Source: Octopus vulgaris (Eukaryota). Taken from it: a DNA stretch of 64,000 nucleotides. The position numbers and the translations under genes were made by a program. The stretch lies in NCBI GenBank assembly GCA_951406725.2, contig OX597814.1:137702001-137766000 (forward strand). Reading direction: 5' to 3'. The notes under the pieces are model-generated. The model worked only from the letters and a program-made list of their open reading frames with translations, ran no database searches and was not told the DNA's origin. Below, piece by piece: positions 12,408-24,649 of the stretch (positions are counted from its first letter, which is position 1; every line of letters begins with the position of its first letter).

Positions 12408-15232
12408 CAGGGGTCTCCAAAGGTTTTTAATCCGGCCCGCCGAGCTGTCCTCCAAAATTATAAAACAAATGTCGAAAAACAAGCCTTGCCGAAATCATAC
12501 AAAAACAAATATACTTTACACCCCTTTTAATATGTTTGACAAATATAGTACAGCAAATAGACGCAAGATGACGCTAATTGATTTGCCATCAATTAATGTC
12601 TTTAAATTGCGCCGGCGAATTAAAAATCTATACACTAAACTTTAGTGTAAATATAGGTTCTTTTCCACTCCCCCCGTTTTAACTGACCCATCAGAACCAC
12701 CATAAAATGAATTAACTTCGCTATGGAGCTACCTATCATTCATCTTAGATAATAGGCGATTGTCAGTGAGATGGATGGTGCTGCTTACAATGAAGCAGAG
12801 ATTCAATTTCTAGCTTTATTGATGTCGCAGAAAAGTCAACCTATTCCGTCAACTGTCGAGAGAGCAGATACGACAAGTATGACGTTAATAAAAGTCCCGT
12901 GCCTAGTATAATAAAAGAAGACAAATATTGATTTATCGATGTTACCTACATCTCACGAGCGATGAATAGAGAGGGTTGAGCCTGACGTTGTGTGGTGGTT
13001 TCTAATCCTGGTGCAGTCGCCAATCAGCGTGGAGTAAAGTTCGATGCGCATTCCGTCAGTCAGCACAGACTTGGCGTTTTCGTTGTGCACAAGTGTGAGT
13101 CATTTGTCGTCGTCGCTGCCGAAGTGAATGCACATATCGAGTGACCTGTGAATATTGTTTTTACTTGTTTCGTCCTTTTACATATATCGTCGAGCAAAAT
13201 CTGTCGACCCATGGTAAAAATGTTAGCTCAAGGAAGAAAACGAAAAATCGACTCTGAGTGTAGAGTTTTTAAGGAACAATGGAACATAGACTATTTTGTC
13301 ATAGAGTCAAACAACAAGGCACTATGCGTTATATGCACCGACACAATTGCAGTACTTAAAGAGTACAACATTCGGAGACATTATGAAAAAAAGCATTCAT
13401 CACAGTACTACCAATTCATTGGACAGCTATGTAAAGAGAAATTTGACAAATTAAAGAAGAATTTATCATCAATGCAGTTTGTTTTCAAGAAGAAGGCTGT
13501 AGAAAAAGAGAGAGCAACAAGAGCAAGCTTCCATGTTGCTAACCTTTTGGCGAAGAAAGGTAAGCCATTTACAGATGGTGAACTTATTAAAAAGTGCTTG
13601 AATGAGGTAGCTAAGGAAATGTGTCCAGAAAACGTAGATTTATTTTCCGCAATTAGTCTTTCTGCGAACACTGTTGCTCGTAGGGTTGAACATATTGAAA
13701 GAAATATTAAATCACAGCTAAAAGACAAAACCAGCAAGTTTGTATGCTTTTCTGTTGCACTTGATGAGTCAATTGATGTATCAGACACATCCCAATTGTT
13801 ATTGTTCATCAGAGGAATAAATGCCAATTTTGAGATTACTGAGGAACTTGTATCTGTGCACAGCATGCATGGAACAACAACAGGCATAGATATTTTTAGA
13901 GAAGTGGAAAAGTCAGTGGCTGAGTATAATTTGGAATGGAAAAAACTAAAATGCATAACAACAGATGGTGGCAGAAATATGTGTGGAACCAAAAAGGGCT
14001 TAGTTGGGCAAATTAACAAAGCAATTGAGAATTCCGGTGGATTGAAACCTTTGGTATTGCATTGTATTCTTCATCAGCAAGCACTGTGTGGAAAGCATCT
14101 TGATTTATCATCTGTATTAGATCCTGTGATTTCCACTGTTAACTACATAAGATCTCATGGACTCAAACATCGCCAATTTCGTGATTTCTTGGAGGAAATG
14201 AATGCTGAGTTTCCAGACCTACCTTACTATACTTCAGTAAGATGACTTAGCTATGGAAAAATTCTGGCTAGATTTTTTGAGCTTCGAACTGAAATTGAAA
14301 TATTTTTAAATGAGAAAAACCATTCACAGGTGTTGCTCAAAGACAGTGAATGGCTCTGGAAATTAGCATTTTCAGCCGATTTAACTATGCATCTCAATGA
14401 TTTCAACCTACGGATACAAGGTGAAACTTCACTCATCTGTGATTTGTACTCAAAGGTGAAAGCTTTTCGTAAGAAATTAATACTATTTGAAAGTCAGTTA
14501 ACAAGAAGCTGCTTTACTCATTTTTCACGATGTGACAAATATAGACAGGAAGCTGCCACTCCATTTCCAAACTTGTTTGCTCAAGATGTCATTTTAGCTT
14601 TGAAACAACAGTTTAAAGAACGTTTTTCTGATCTTGATGCATGTTCTTCAAAACTAAGAATTTTTGAAAATCCATTTAACTCTGTTATTGGAGACTTACC
14701 TTCTGAGTTACAAATGGAAGTTATTGATTTGCAATCCAATGACATCCTGAAGGACAAATATAAAGAGGGAAATTTGATTGAATTCTACAAATGCCTTCCA
14801 TCCGACCAATTTCTTCATTTAAGGAGGTTTGCCTGTGAATTCATTTCAGTTTTTGGCACCACATATTTGTGTGAGAAGACTTTTTCAAAGATGAAATACA
14901 CAAAATCCTGCTACAGATCACAATTGTCTGATGAACATTTAAATGCATTGCTTGTTATTGGAACCACTCATTTTGAACCTCAGTTGGACAAAATTTTGTC
15001 AGAAATGAAACAATTTCATGTTTCCCCTATTGATCAAAGTTAAAAAAAACATGTTAATTGTTACTGATATTATATACATTGTGATTATGTACTGAATAAA
15101 TAACCTTTTTTAATTATTAATTCACTATTTATTTATATTATTTTGGTAAAATAAATAATTTAGAACCTTGGCCCCCGTAGCTTTAAAAATTCAGCAATGT
15201 GGCCCTCCGCTGGAAAACTTTGGAGACCCCTG
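12408..15232 (+). mobile_element. Full-length hAT DNA transposon, Buster family (SPIN/OposCharlie1/GTF2IRD2-like), 2825 bp
   Basis: Perfect 15-bp TIRs CAGGGGTCTCCAAAG (12408-12422) and CTTTGGAGACCCCTG (15218-15232). Identical 8-bp TSD GTTTACAC (12400-12407 and 15233-15240) with the NNNTANNN Buster pattern. Confidence 0.97.
13211..15043 (+). pseudogene. hAT transposase (about 610 codons) with a single in-frame nonsense codon
   Basis: ORFs 13148-14245 and 14330-15043 share one frame. Motifs: BED-like CVIC...RRHYEKKH, ALDESID, ITTDG, HCILHQQALC, and C-terminal FGTTYLCEKTFSKMKYTKS.YRSQLSDEHL. TGA at 14243-14245 replaces the W of the conserved VRWLS motif. Confidence 0.95.
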
Positions 15233-15529
15233 GTTTACACGGTGAAAAACGTGTTTCACAGACAGCACTATCGGCGAACAACAGCAAACACTACTGTATG
15301 AATTCTTACAGAGGCAGGACTTTGGAAAGCCTAAAAACATTTAGTTAATCGTTAGATCAGTGGTTCCCAAACATTTTTTTCGTCGCGGAATCCTTCGACA
15401 TTATTTGTAAAAACGTGGGATCTTTACTTTTTGACCTACAGATTTAAAAAATTACTTTTTGTAACTAAACACTTTCAAACTTCGGACACTGGTAGAATGT
15501 GTTATATAAAACATGTTTTACTCTTAGCA

Positions 15530-15760
15530 TTTTTGAGAAAAACTTATATTTACGAAGCTATTTCACGTTAAAGTTATCGTATTTCGGTAATTTCAACCAA
15601 TCAATGACGTGTATTCAGCTGAATAAAATTACTGCTGTTGTTTGTCAACAAGAACTTCCGGCGGTGTATTTTTCGTTTGTCACTGTTATTTGTGACAACT
15701 CTAACCCTAAAACCTTAACCCCAACCCTAAAGCCTTAAAACCAGTACAAACGCATGAACG
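15530..15760. repeat. Interspersed repeat fragment with degenerate telomere-like (CCCTAA) units
   Basis: ctaaccctaaaaccttaaccccaaccctaaagcc at about 15710-15740, embedded in CpG-containing sequence. Confidence 0.5.
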
Positions 15761-15779
15761 ATGTCATAAATAACAGTAA

Positions 15780-17200
15780 GTTGCTGAGGTGGGGTAGCAT
15801 TTAGGTTCAAGTAGTGCAGCATGCTTTGCCTTGATAAAAGCAGTGTGTTTGCTAGAACTTCAAACTAATCCTGTGTCTTACTCTGTTTCTAGCCAAAGGC
15901 CTTCAGTGTAGTACTGCAGATAGTGGTCCTAAGAGAATCTATTGTCATCTATACCTCTCTACCTAGGGGATCTGTAGAGAAAGCATCCTCCAGGTCAGTT
16001 CTGTTTTAACTGGATGTTATGTTATAGTGATGACAATATGCTGTTTACTGAGTTGTTTCATATAAAGGATCTCCTTTGGCTGCAATTTAATCTTGGAGCA
16101 AACCAAAGAGTGATCCAAGTCATAGTCTGCACTCTAGAAGGGTTGTGTCATCAGCACATTCCTCCAATGGCAGTGTCTTATAAGTATCAGGTGTAGCTGA
16201 TGCTAATGTATGGAGCAAGGATGTCTCCAAGACACTTTGTGCTGGCTTTTATTTTAGAAGTGTTTGTTGGTGACATACAGTTCTTGGAGTATGCATAACT
16301 AAAGCAATCATTATCTGTTGTTATTCATGCTGTCAGTCCCATGCTGTCTTGGGCAGCTTGGTCAGGAGTCATGGTCAGCACCCATTCTAGCGTTAAAGTC
16401 ATCAAACAGTTGCAGCTGCTTCTGGATTGAAGTTTTCTGAATTGGCCTTGAAAGTTGATCATAGAATTCATCCTTTGTATCTTGTGTAGAGGGTCAGGCA
16501 TGGACACTGACAAGCTTGATAGGCTCATCAATGTATGGAATGTGAAAATAACCCTTTATTGTTTAACAGTGAATTTCTCACTGCAAAGACAACCTTGTAC
16601 TCTTCAGTCTTTTCTAAACTATTTTCCTGCCAGAAAAAAAGTGTAATCTCTCTTGCATAGTGTTCCTGATTCTGCTACATGTGTCTCTTGTGTTGCATTG
16701 TCCTTTTGAAAGTTTAGCAGTTTGTTACTCATCTCTGCACTCTTTGATATGTCACTGCTCTTCAGGAAGTATTTAATTGTCAGTGATTATGGTCTGCACA
16801 TTTCAGCATCCTAATCTGTGTGTTGACCTTTTTATTTACCTTCTTATTATGCCTGGTGTGGTTCAGGTTACATGTATACCTAAGTCCCATGCAGTCAATG
16901 AGACAGTTGGGCTGTGATGCGACAGTATCTAATTGGCCAGGGTTTGCTAATTAGCCTGAGTTTGCTTATTTTGAAGAGGGATGCAGTTGTCCAGTGAGAC
17001 ACAATGGCCTCTTCTTCCATTGAAAGTTGTCCTTGTCATCTGGCTCTACTTCAAGTTGAATACACACTTAGGAACAGTAAACTGCTGCTTTTTGCATTGT
17101 ACCATCACTGTGAGGCAGTGCTGCTATTCCTTCAGGGTATAGTCCTGGGCAGGATTAGTGTAGGAGATCAGCAGCTACTCATGCAGCAAGTCTTCCCTTT
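15780..17200 (-). mobile_element. Decayed RTE-clade LINE 5' portion (AP-endonuclease domain)
   Basis: Minus-strand remnants VFAVRNSLL, EFYDQL, DDFNARMG and ADYDLDHSLVCSKIKLQPK match APE motifs (GDFNA, D.DH). Confidence 0.8.
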
Positions 17201-18130
17201 TCATTAGACTGGCCATGCTAGAGCACTGCCTTGAAGAATTTTAGTCAAATGAATTGGCCCCAGTATTTATTTTTTAAAGTATGGGTACTTATTGATTCGG
17301 TCTCTTTTACCGAACTGCCAAGTAACAGAGAAACACCAGTTAAGAAGCGGTGATGGTACAATCACAGACACGAAGATATGTATTTTTTTTTTCCAGATAT
17401 ATTCTTAGCTTTTAATTGTTCCTGTCATTGAACTGTGACCATGCTGAGGCACTGCCTTAAAGTGTTTAGTGGAACAAATCAACTACAGTACTTTTTTTTA
17501 AAGCTTGGTACTTATTCTATTTGTCTCTCTTGCTGAGCTGCTAAGTTACAGGAATATAAATAAGCCTAACACTGGCTGTCAGCTGGAAGTGAGGTAACAA
17601 ACCTGGATCTCTGTTGGTTATGACTGAGTGTTTTAGTGGATCTAATCAATGGAACAGCCTACTCATGAAATTAACATGCAAGTGGCTGAGCACTCCACAG
17701 ACATGCATACCCTTAACGTAGTTCTCAGCGAGATTCAGTGTGACACAAAATGTGATATGGCTGACCCTTTGAAATACTGTACTATTTATTTTTTCCAGCT
17801 GAGTGAAGTGGAACAGCAAGAAATAAAGTGTCTACTCAAGGATGCAATGTACCACCAGAAATTGGCCTTACAATTGTGAGCCAAATGCCCTGGCCAGTAA
17901 GCCATGCATCTTCACAAAGACAGATGCAAACACAAACACATACACATAGATATAAATATATACATTTGATCAGCTTCTTTCAATTTCTGTCTACCAAATC
18001 CATTCACAAGGCTTTGATGGGCCCAGGACTATAGTAGAAGACACTTGCCCAAGGTTCCACAGAGTGGGATTGAACTCAGAAGCATGTAGTTGAGAAGCAA
18101 ACTTCTTACCACACAGCCATGCCTGCACCT
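17200..18130. mobile_element. SINE cluster (CpG-decayed copies)
   Basis: Same families as 3390-4460, e.g. agaagacacttgcccaagg...aacttcttaccacacagccatgcc at about 18035-18125. Confidence 0.8.
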
Positions 18131-18298
18131 ATATGTGTATATTTATGTGTAATTATCAACATGTGTATGCATTTGTTTGCCAGAGAGCAATACATGAACA
18201 TGTAAAATGTGATGCAATGTCTTTTGTTTTTCTTTCTCACTCTATAATTTGTCTTTGTTTCTCCTGCTTATATCCACATAGACAAATTACCTCCATCA

Positions 18299-18341
<43 letters not shown>

Positions 18342-18899
18342 ACTTCACTCTCTTAGTAACACACACATACACTTAAGACTCTCCTCTCCTGCTGCAAGGG
18401 AGCATGTGTTATAATGTTTACAAAAGTTTGGAATACCTTCCTACTTTGCTTTATTTACAGTTGTGTTAGCAATTACCAGAAGTAAACATTCAGGTTCAAA
18501 TAATGCAATTATCATCATCATAGTTAGCATCTAAATTTGAGACACTATTTATTTTTACTTAATTTCTTCACCCCCCCACCCCAGATGCTAGGGCAGTCAG
18601 TTCATTTGAGCAGGCACCTTCATTAAACTGTACACCATGATGCATTTGATTATTAAGGCGCTGGAAATAGATAATAGAATATAAATTTTGTCACACACAC
18701 ACACAAACATTTAGTTAATATTTAGCAGAAGCAACAGAGTGACTCAAGGGCCAAGGGTTTCATGCTTTAACACTTATCAAAGAAGTTTTATATGGTCCTT
18801 GGTCCTTGAGCCACTTTGTTACTTTTTCTAAATATTAAGAAAAGAATGTACATATACTCGTATTTTGAGCTCTACTTTTCCTCTTTGCGTCACCAATAA

Positions 18900-19320
18900 T
18901 ACGGGTTGGACAGTTTGACCAGGGTCTGGGAAGCCAGGAGGCTGCACCAAGCTCCAGTCTAATCTGGCAGTGTTTCTACAGCTGGATGCCCTTCCTAACA
19001 CCAACCACTCCATGAGTGTAGTGGGTGCGCTTTATGTGCCACTGGCATGGGTGCTAGGCGAGGCTGGCAACGGCCATGATCGGTTGGTGCTTTTTACATG
19101 CCACCGGCATGGAAGCCAGTCAAGACGGCGCTGGCATCGGCCACATTCGGATGGTGCTTTTTATGTGCTGCCAGCACAGGTATCACAACTACAATTTCCA
19201 TTTGATTTCTATTTTGATGTTGATATACTTGAATCAATAGGTCTCCTCAAGCACAGCAGGTCACCCTACGATCCAAGGTGCTTTGGATGGGCTGGGGCTG
19301 CTATGTGAAGCTGGTATACA
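18900..19320 (-). mobile_element. SINE family with (GAT)n tail and internal tandem units
   Basis: gtttctacagctggatgcccttcctaa.ccaaccactcc is shared with copies at 21605, 24650, 25260, 38455, 45018, 46285, 51320 and 59780. Confidence 0.85.
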
Positions 19321-19776
19321 AAATTGTTTCCCTCTTTTCTGTCATTAATTGAAACTGAAACCATGCAAGCAATACTTGGGTTAATCTGTCTGTCATTTAC
19401 TGTACAATTCCATTGAAAACAAACCTTTATTTAAAGATTTGCTCACCTTGAAGATGAATAGAAAATTTAATCTACACACTTTCCTTGCAGCAATTATAGT
19501 AATCTTTTTCATGACTAATTTGCCTCCTTCTTTGGCCCTTAGTCCCTCACCTTTTCCTCTCTCTTTTATTCTCCTTTGTGTCTATCATTTGTTCTAGATT
19601 AATGAGTTCCGTAGTCTTCTGTCTCTTTATTTTCGCTTATTGTTGAGTAATGTCATTACGAACATCATTTTGTTTGTCAGCTTCCCTACCAACTCCTATT
19701 ACTCTCTCATTGTTCAGGCTTCAACCTTCAATTTAATCCATAGCTCCAATAGTTTTACACATGCATGCACGCGCAT

Positions 19777-19812
<36 letters not shown>

Positions 19813-21008
19813 ACACACAGACAGACAGACAGACACACACACACACACATACACACACACAATCTCACTTGCGATAATCTTTGTCAACTCATCAGCTGTC
19901 ATATTATATGCAGCACTAATTTTAGATACTATGACTGTACATTAGTGGATTAACAACATCTTCTTAGGTGAATACCCTAAATTACATGTTGGCAACTAGA
20001 AAACAACCTTTTCATTTTATTATTTATTTTAATTATTCGGTAAGCTTTTGAGTTGCTCACCTACTTTCATGGACCCAGTTCACTGGGACAGAGACTTTAC
20101 CATACTCTGTAGAGGACATTGCATAACCTGTTAGTGACAGAATTCAAATACAGGACATTTCAGATTTCAAGAGTAAGGTCAGCTGATAAATATCCAATCA
20201 GTGATTCTGCATAGCAAAGGTCATTCACCATTGTTTCCCTTATGTATCTTATGCAGACGCCCTCTGCATTATGGAAACATTCCGTTACCAGAAAATCTTG
20301 TTGTAAACTGTCATTGCCTCCATGAGGCCCAGCACTTAAAAGATGCTTTTTACATGCCACCAGCGTGGATGCCAGTTACGCGACACTAGCATTGGTCATG
20401 GCTATGATTTCACTTGACTTGACAGGTTTTCTCAAGCACAGCATATTGCCAAAGGTCTCTTCATTTAATTATTGAAGTAAATTTAATATTTGCTTGATTT
20501 AGAGTGTGATGGCCAAGGTGACCGCCCCAAGATCAGAAATATCTATAATCCCAAAAAGTTTTAATGCAAAACCTCTGATGAATTTTCTTGCAATATCTTT
20601 CTACCATTTTTTTTTTTTACATAAAAAAGATATTTTTTAATGTTTTCAGGATTAAAATCTGCCAATTGGAGTAATTCATTTTTTACTAGAGAGAATTACA
20701 AGGATTAAGATAAAATGTATGAGTGCATGAAAGAAAGAGGGGAGGAGAGAGAGAGAGGGGAAGAGAGAGAGAGTTAGTTTTTTATATATACAAAGAAAAT
20801 TAGAAATGAGTTATTGGTTTGAAAATGCTCCTAGAATATTTACATTAATTTCATTAAGTATAAACATTTCCAAGAACTAATATAATATTTTCATTTCTAT
20901 TCCTCCTCCCCTATTTTACAATTTGAACAGTTTTTTTCTAAGTTTTCTTTTATTTTTAAGCCTAATTTCAAGCAACTCTTCCAGATGAAATATCAATAAA
21001 ATAAAAGT

Positions 21009-21235
21009 TTAATCCTTAAGCATTTAAACCACAATATCCAGCCCAAAGATTCTATCTGTTTTATGTATAAACTGGCCAGATTTGACCTCTCACACCTCTC
21101 TTACAATGTCATTCAGAAAAATATACAATCACATCATTGAAATTTGGAAATTATAAGATAGTTCATGACTAGTTCAAAACAGTTTGAATAAATAAGCATT
21201 ACATTTGACAGAATAATCTGTATGTTAAAAGTTTA
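21009..21235 (-). mobile_element. TTAA-flanked piggyBac-like MITE (about 225 bp)
   Basis: Diverged reverse copy of the element at 23369-23596. Confidence 0.75.
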
Positions 21236-22769
21236 ATGCTGATATAAATAATATTGTTGTTTAAGTTGAAAGTCAACCTTTGATTAAAAGTGTTCCAGCT
21301 GCAACTATCCCATCTTATTTTAAGGTCAAATGTATCTAGGATTCCATTATCCAGTGTATCCTTTTATTTTTCCTAGTTGGTTGAGTGTGATTTGAAGGAG
21401 ATGTGACTTCTATTGCTAGATCAAAAAACAACATTATAAAGAATGGAATATCCTATTGCTACTTGTAATGAGAATGAAGAAATGAATGATAAAGTTTTTT
21501 TCTAGCATAAAAACATGTCAATAATAAAATACTGATACAACATTGACTTTCTGGGTAATGATGGTCTGGAGCCTCTTACAATCCACACTAATTTACACTA
21601 ATGTACATCATCATCATCCTCATCATTTAACATCTGTTGTCCATGCTGACATAGAGTGGACAGTTTGATCAGGGCTGGTAGGCTGATGGGCTGCACCAGA
21701 TTCAAGTCTGATTCAGCATGGTTTCTATGGCTGGATGCCTTTCCTAATGCCAACCACTCCAAGAGTGTAATGGGTGTCAGTTGCATGCCACCAACATGGC
21801 TGTCAGTTGTATGACACCAGTGTCTGCCATGACTATGATTTGGCTTGATGAGTCTTCTACTCAAGCACTGCATATTGTCAAAGGTCTCGGTCATTTGTCA
21901 TTGCCTCCATGAGACGCAATGCTTAAAATATGCTTTTTACATGTCACCAGCATGGGTGCCAGTTACGCGACACCAGCATTGGTCATAGCTATGATTTCAC
22001 TTGACTTGATGGGTTTTCTCAAGCACAGCATATTGCCAAAGGTCTCTTCATTTAATTATTGAAGTAAATTTAATATTTGCTTGATTTAGAGTGTGATGGC
22101 CAAGGCAATCACCCCAAGATCAGAAATATCTATAATCCCCAAAAGTTTTAAATCCAAAGGTTTATGAAAATTGATGTTGTACTTGTACTATAAAACCAAG
22201 ATCTGTATTGAAGCTATTGGCTTCAACAGTCAAATATATGCTTGATAGTATAATAAAATAGGAAGTAATAGTTAAAAAACAAAGCAAAAATCTTAACCTA
22301 AATTGACAGTATATGTTATTTATTTATTATTCATTACATGCTAACTGAAAATCACATGTTCAGAGCAATACACGTGCCATGAAATAATTAGGGTAACATT
22401 TCATGATCAAGATCTTCTGTCCCATGTAATCTTTTATCATTATGGAAATAAACTGTGGCATGAGAAATTAATGATTTATGAAATGAATTCTGTGTTAATT
22501 ACTGGTTTGACTGCTGTCTTTCTAATGATGTATAAATTATCTAATTAGATGCCTGAACAAAATTTTGAAGTTTTTATCACTTCTGATATTTTCACATGAA
22601 GTAAATAAATTTTCCACAAGGCTGTCAGTCTAGATTTTCTCTTGCTTTTAAACATGTAACCTTGTGTAACCATATACGTTTTTGAAAAATACATTTGTTC
22701 ACATGGGATAGCAATTAAATATTTGTAATCTTATTATAAATAAATGATTCATTTTATTTAATAAAAGCA

Positions 22770-23210
22770 AAATGTCCTCTTGGGATTAAAAAAATCACAG
22801 TAAAGTCCATTTATACAAAACAACCACATTGAAGTGATGACAAGCATTACTTGCCAGTACAGTTACTGCTTCATCTCTTATTGAAATTTTATAACTAGCT
22901 GTTTTGCTTACTGCAAGATCAGCAACAGAATGTCGCTTGATTTTCTATGTATTGTGAGCTGAAGTGAACAACTGCCATCTCTAGTAGACAAGGTGTCCTG
23001 CACGGATGATGGGCAGAAATAGTCTGAAACCAGGCTAGTATGTTGGTTCTGTCATTAGAAGGTGGTAGGGGTTCACTCCTTTACTTGCAATGTATCAGAT
23101 GCAGGTTGCATTGTTAATCAGCTAGAGGAAATGTCCACTTGGGATTAAAAATCACAGTAACGTCTGTTTGTACAGAACAGCCATGTTGAAGTGGCAACAA
23201 AGTATTTAAA
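22770..23210 (+). repeat. Partial tandem repeat with a 359-bp period, carrying a degenerate hammerhead motif (retrozyme/Penelope pLTR-like)
   Basis: tgggattaaaa..tcacagtaa.gtc..tt.taca.aaca.c..gttgaagtg at 22781 and 23140. Between them is CGGATGA...GAAAC...GTA at 23003-23040. Confidence 0.6.
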
Positions 23211-23368
23211 TGTTCAGTGGTAATGGTTAGTTGATAGAAACCTTAAAAATAATTCTTTGTATTTGTATTCTAAGTATTGCACTCATCAGATAAAATGGAG
23301 TAAACATTTTTTAAATTACTAAATAAGAGTTTGGATGTGTGCAAGAATGAATGTGAGAATTACTTTCC

Positions 23369-23596
23369 TTAACCCTTTAGTGTTCAAATTACTCTATCAA
23401 ATGTAAAACTTATTTATTCATATTGTTTTGAATTAATGATGTATTGTCTCATAACTTTGAGACTTTGATGCTGTTATTGTCTATTTTTAGAATGGCATTG
23501 TAGAGTAGGTGTGAAAGGTTATATCAGATAAGTTTGAACATAAAACAGAAGAAATATCTGGGCCAGATATGGCTGGTTTAAACACTAGAGGGTTAA
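23369..23596 (+). mobile_element. TTAA-flanked piggyBac-like MITE
   Basis: TTAA|CCCTTTAG(T)G...CACTAGAGGG|TTAA termini. Other copies at about 21009, 24046, 30365, 42245, 52035 and 63152. Confidence 0.8.
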
Positions 23597-24045
23597 AGTA
23601 GTCCAACAAAAAAATTAGTATTTAAAAATTATATTTTGTAAAGTTGTAATTGTACAATTTTTACTGGATCATCCAAGAGAACATCAGAGTTCCATAAGAC
23701 TAGGTTATTATATTAATTATAAATTAAAATGTGTATCTGTTTAAGAAATTGCATTGGGAAGAGTATTTGAAGATAAAGAAAAAACCTTAGAATGCATGAC
23801 AAAATAAATTCTTATTGTAGAGTAATAGATTATAAATTAACATCTGGAATAATAATCAATTGAGTGTGATAAGTTTTTCAACTTGATTTGTAGTGATGTT
23901 TTGACTCATTAATTAACCAAATTTAACATGTTTTTCATACAGTGAACTTTAAAAAATTCAAGCATTTATAGTATAGCTGCAAACTGTTATTAAAATATTG
24001 ACAATGTTAATAGGAAATCTCACTAGATAACAATTTCATTTACTC

Positions 24046-24265
24046 ATTAACATTTAAACTTGCCATATCTGACCTAAATACTCAATCTGTTTTATATTCA
24101 AACAGACCTGATCTGACTTCTCACACCTACCCTACAATTTCAGTCTAAATTTAACAATTACATCATCAAAATCTTGAAGCTATAACATAATGCATGATTA
24201 ATTCAAAACCATGTGAATTTAATAAGCTTTACATTTGACAGAGTTATTTGAATGCTGAATGGTTA
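24046..24265 (-). mobile_element. TTAA-flanked piggyBac-like MITE, inverted relative to the 23369 copy
   Basis: catttaaacttgccatatctg...ctcacacctaccctacaat...aatgctgaatggttaa. Confidence 0.75.
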
Positions 24266-24495
24266 AGTTTAATTTTTTCTGCTGTCTTTATCAAACTAAT
24301 TTTATGTTGCCTTCCATGTCCAGATGAGACCAATAGAATAAGTACCAGGCATAAAAAGAAAAGCAAAACAAAAAGCACTGAGGTCAATTCATTCAACTAA
24401 AAATTCTTCAAGGTGGTTCCCCAACATGGCCACAGTCTAATGGCAGAAACAAGTAAAAGATAAATAATATAATTACATAATTATATGTACATACA

Positions 24496-24526
<31 letters not shown>

Positions 24527-24649
24527 ATATATGTATATAGATATGTGTGTGTATATGTATGTATGTGTGTGTGTTTATATATGTATGTGCGTGTGTGTTT
24601 ATATATGTATGTATGTGTATATATGTATGTATGTATGTGTATATATATG

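Noticed and set aside
13408-14019. 203-aa minus-strand ORF
   Set aside because: Antisense shadow of the hAT transposase with no recognisable motifs.
13148-15043. Domesticated GTF2IRD2/ZBED-like host gene
   Set aside because: Intact TIRs, a TSD and a nonsense codon indicate a transposon copy, not a domesticated gene.
15710-15740. Telomere or interstitial telomeric fusion site
   Set aside because: Only a few degenerate units inside an apparent interspersed repeat.
16570-16610. Minus-strand CTGAAGA...GAAA hammerhead candidate
   Set aside because: It lies within LINE endonuclease coding remnants and stems I and III do not form.
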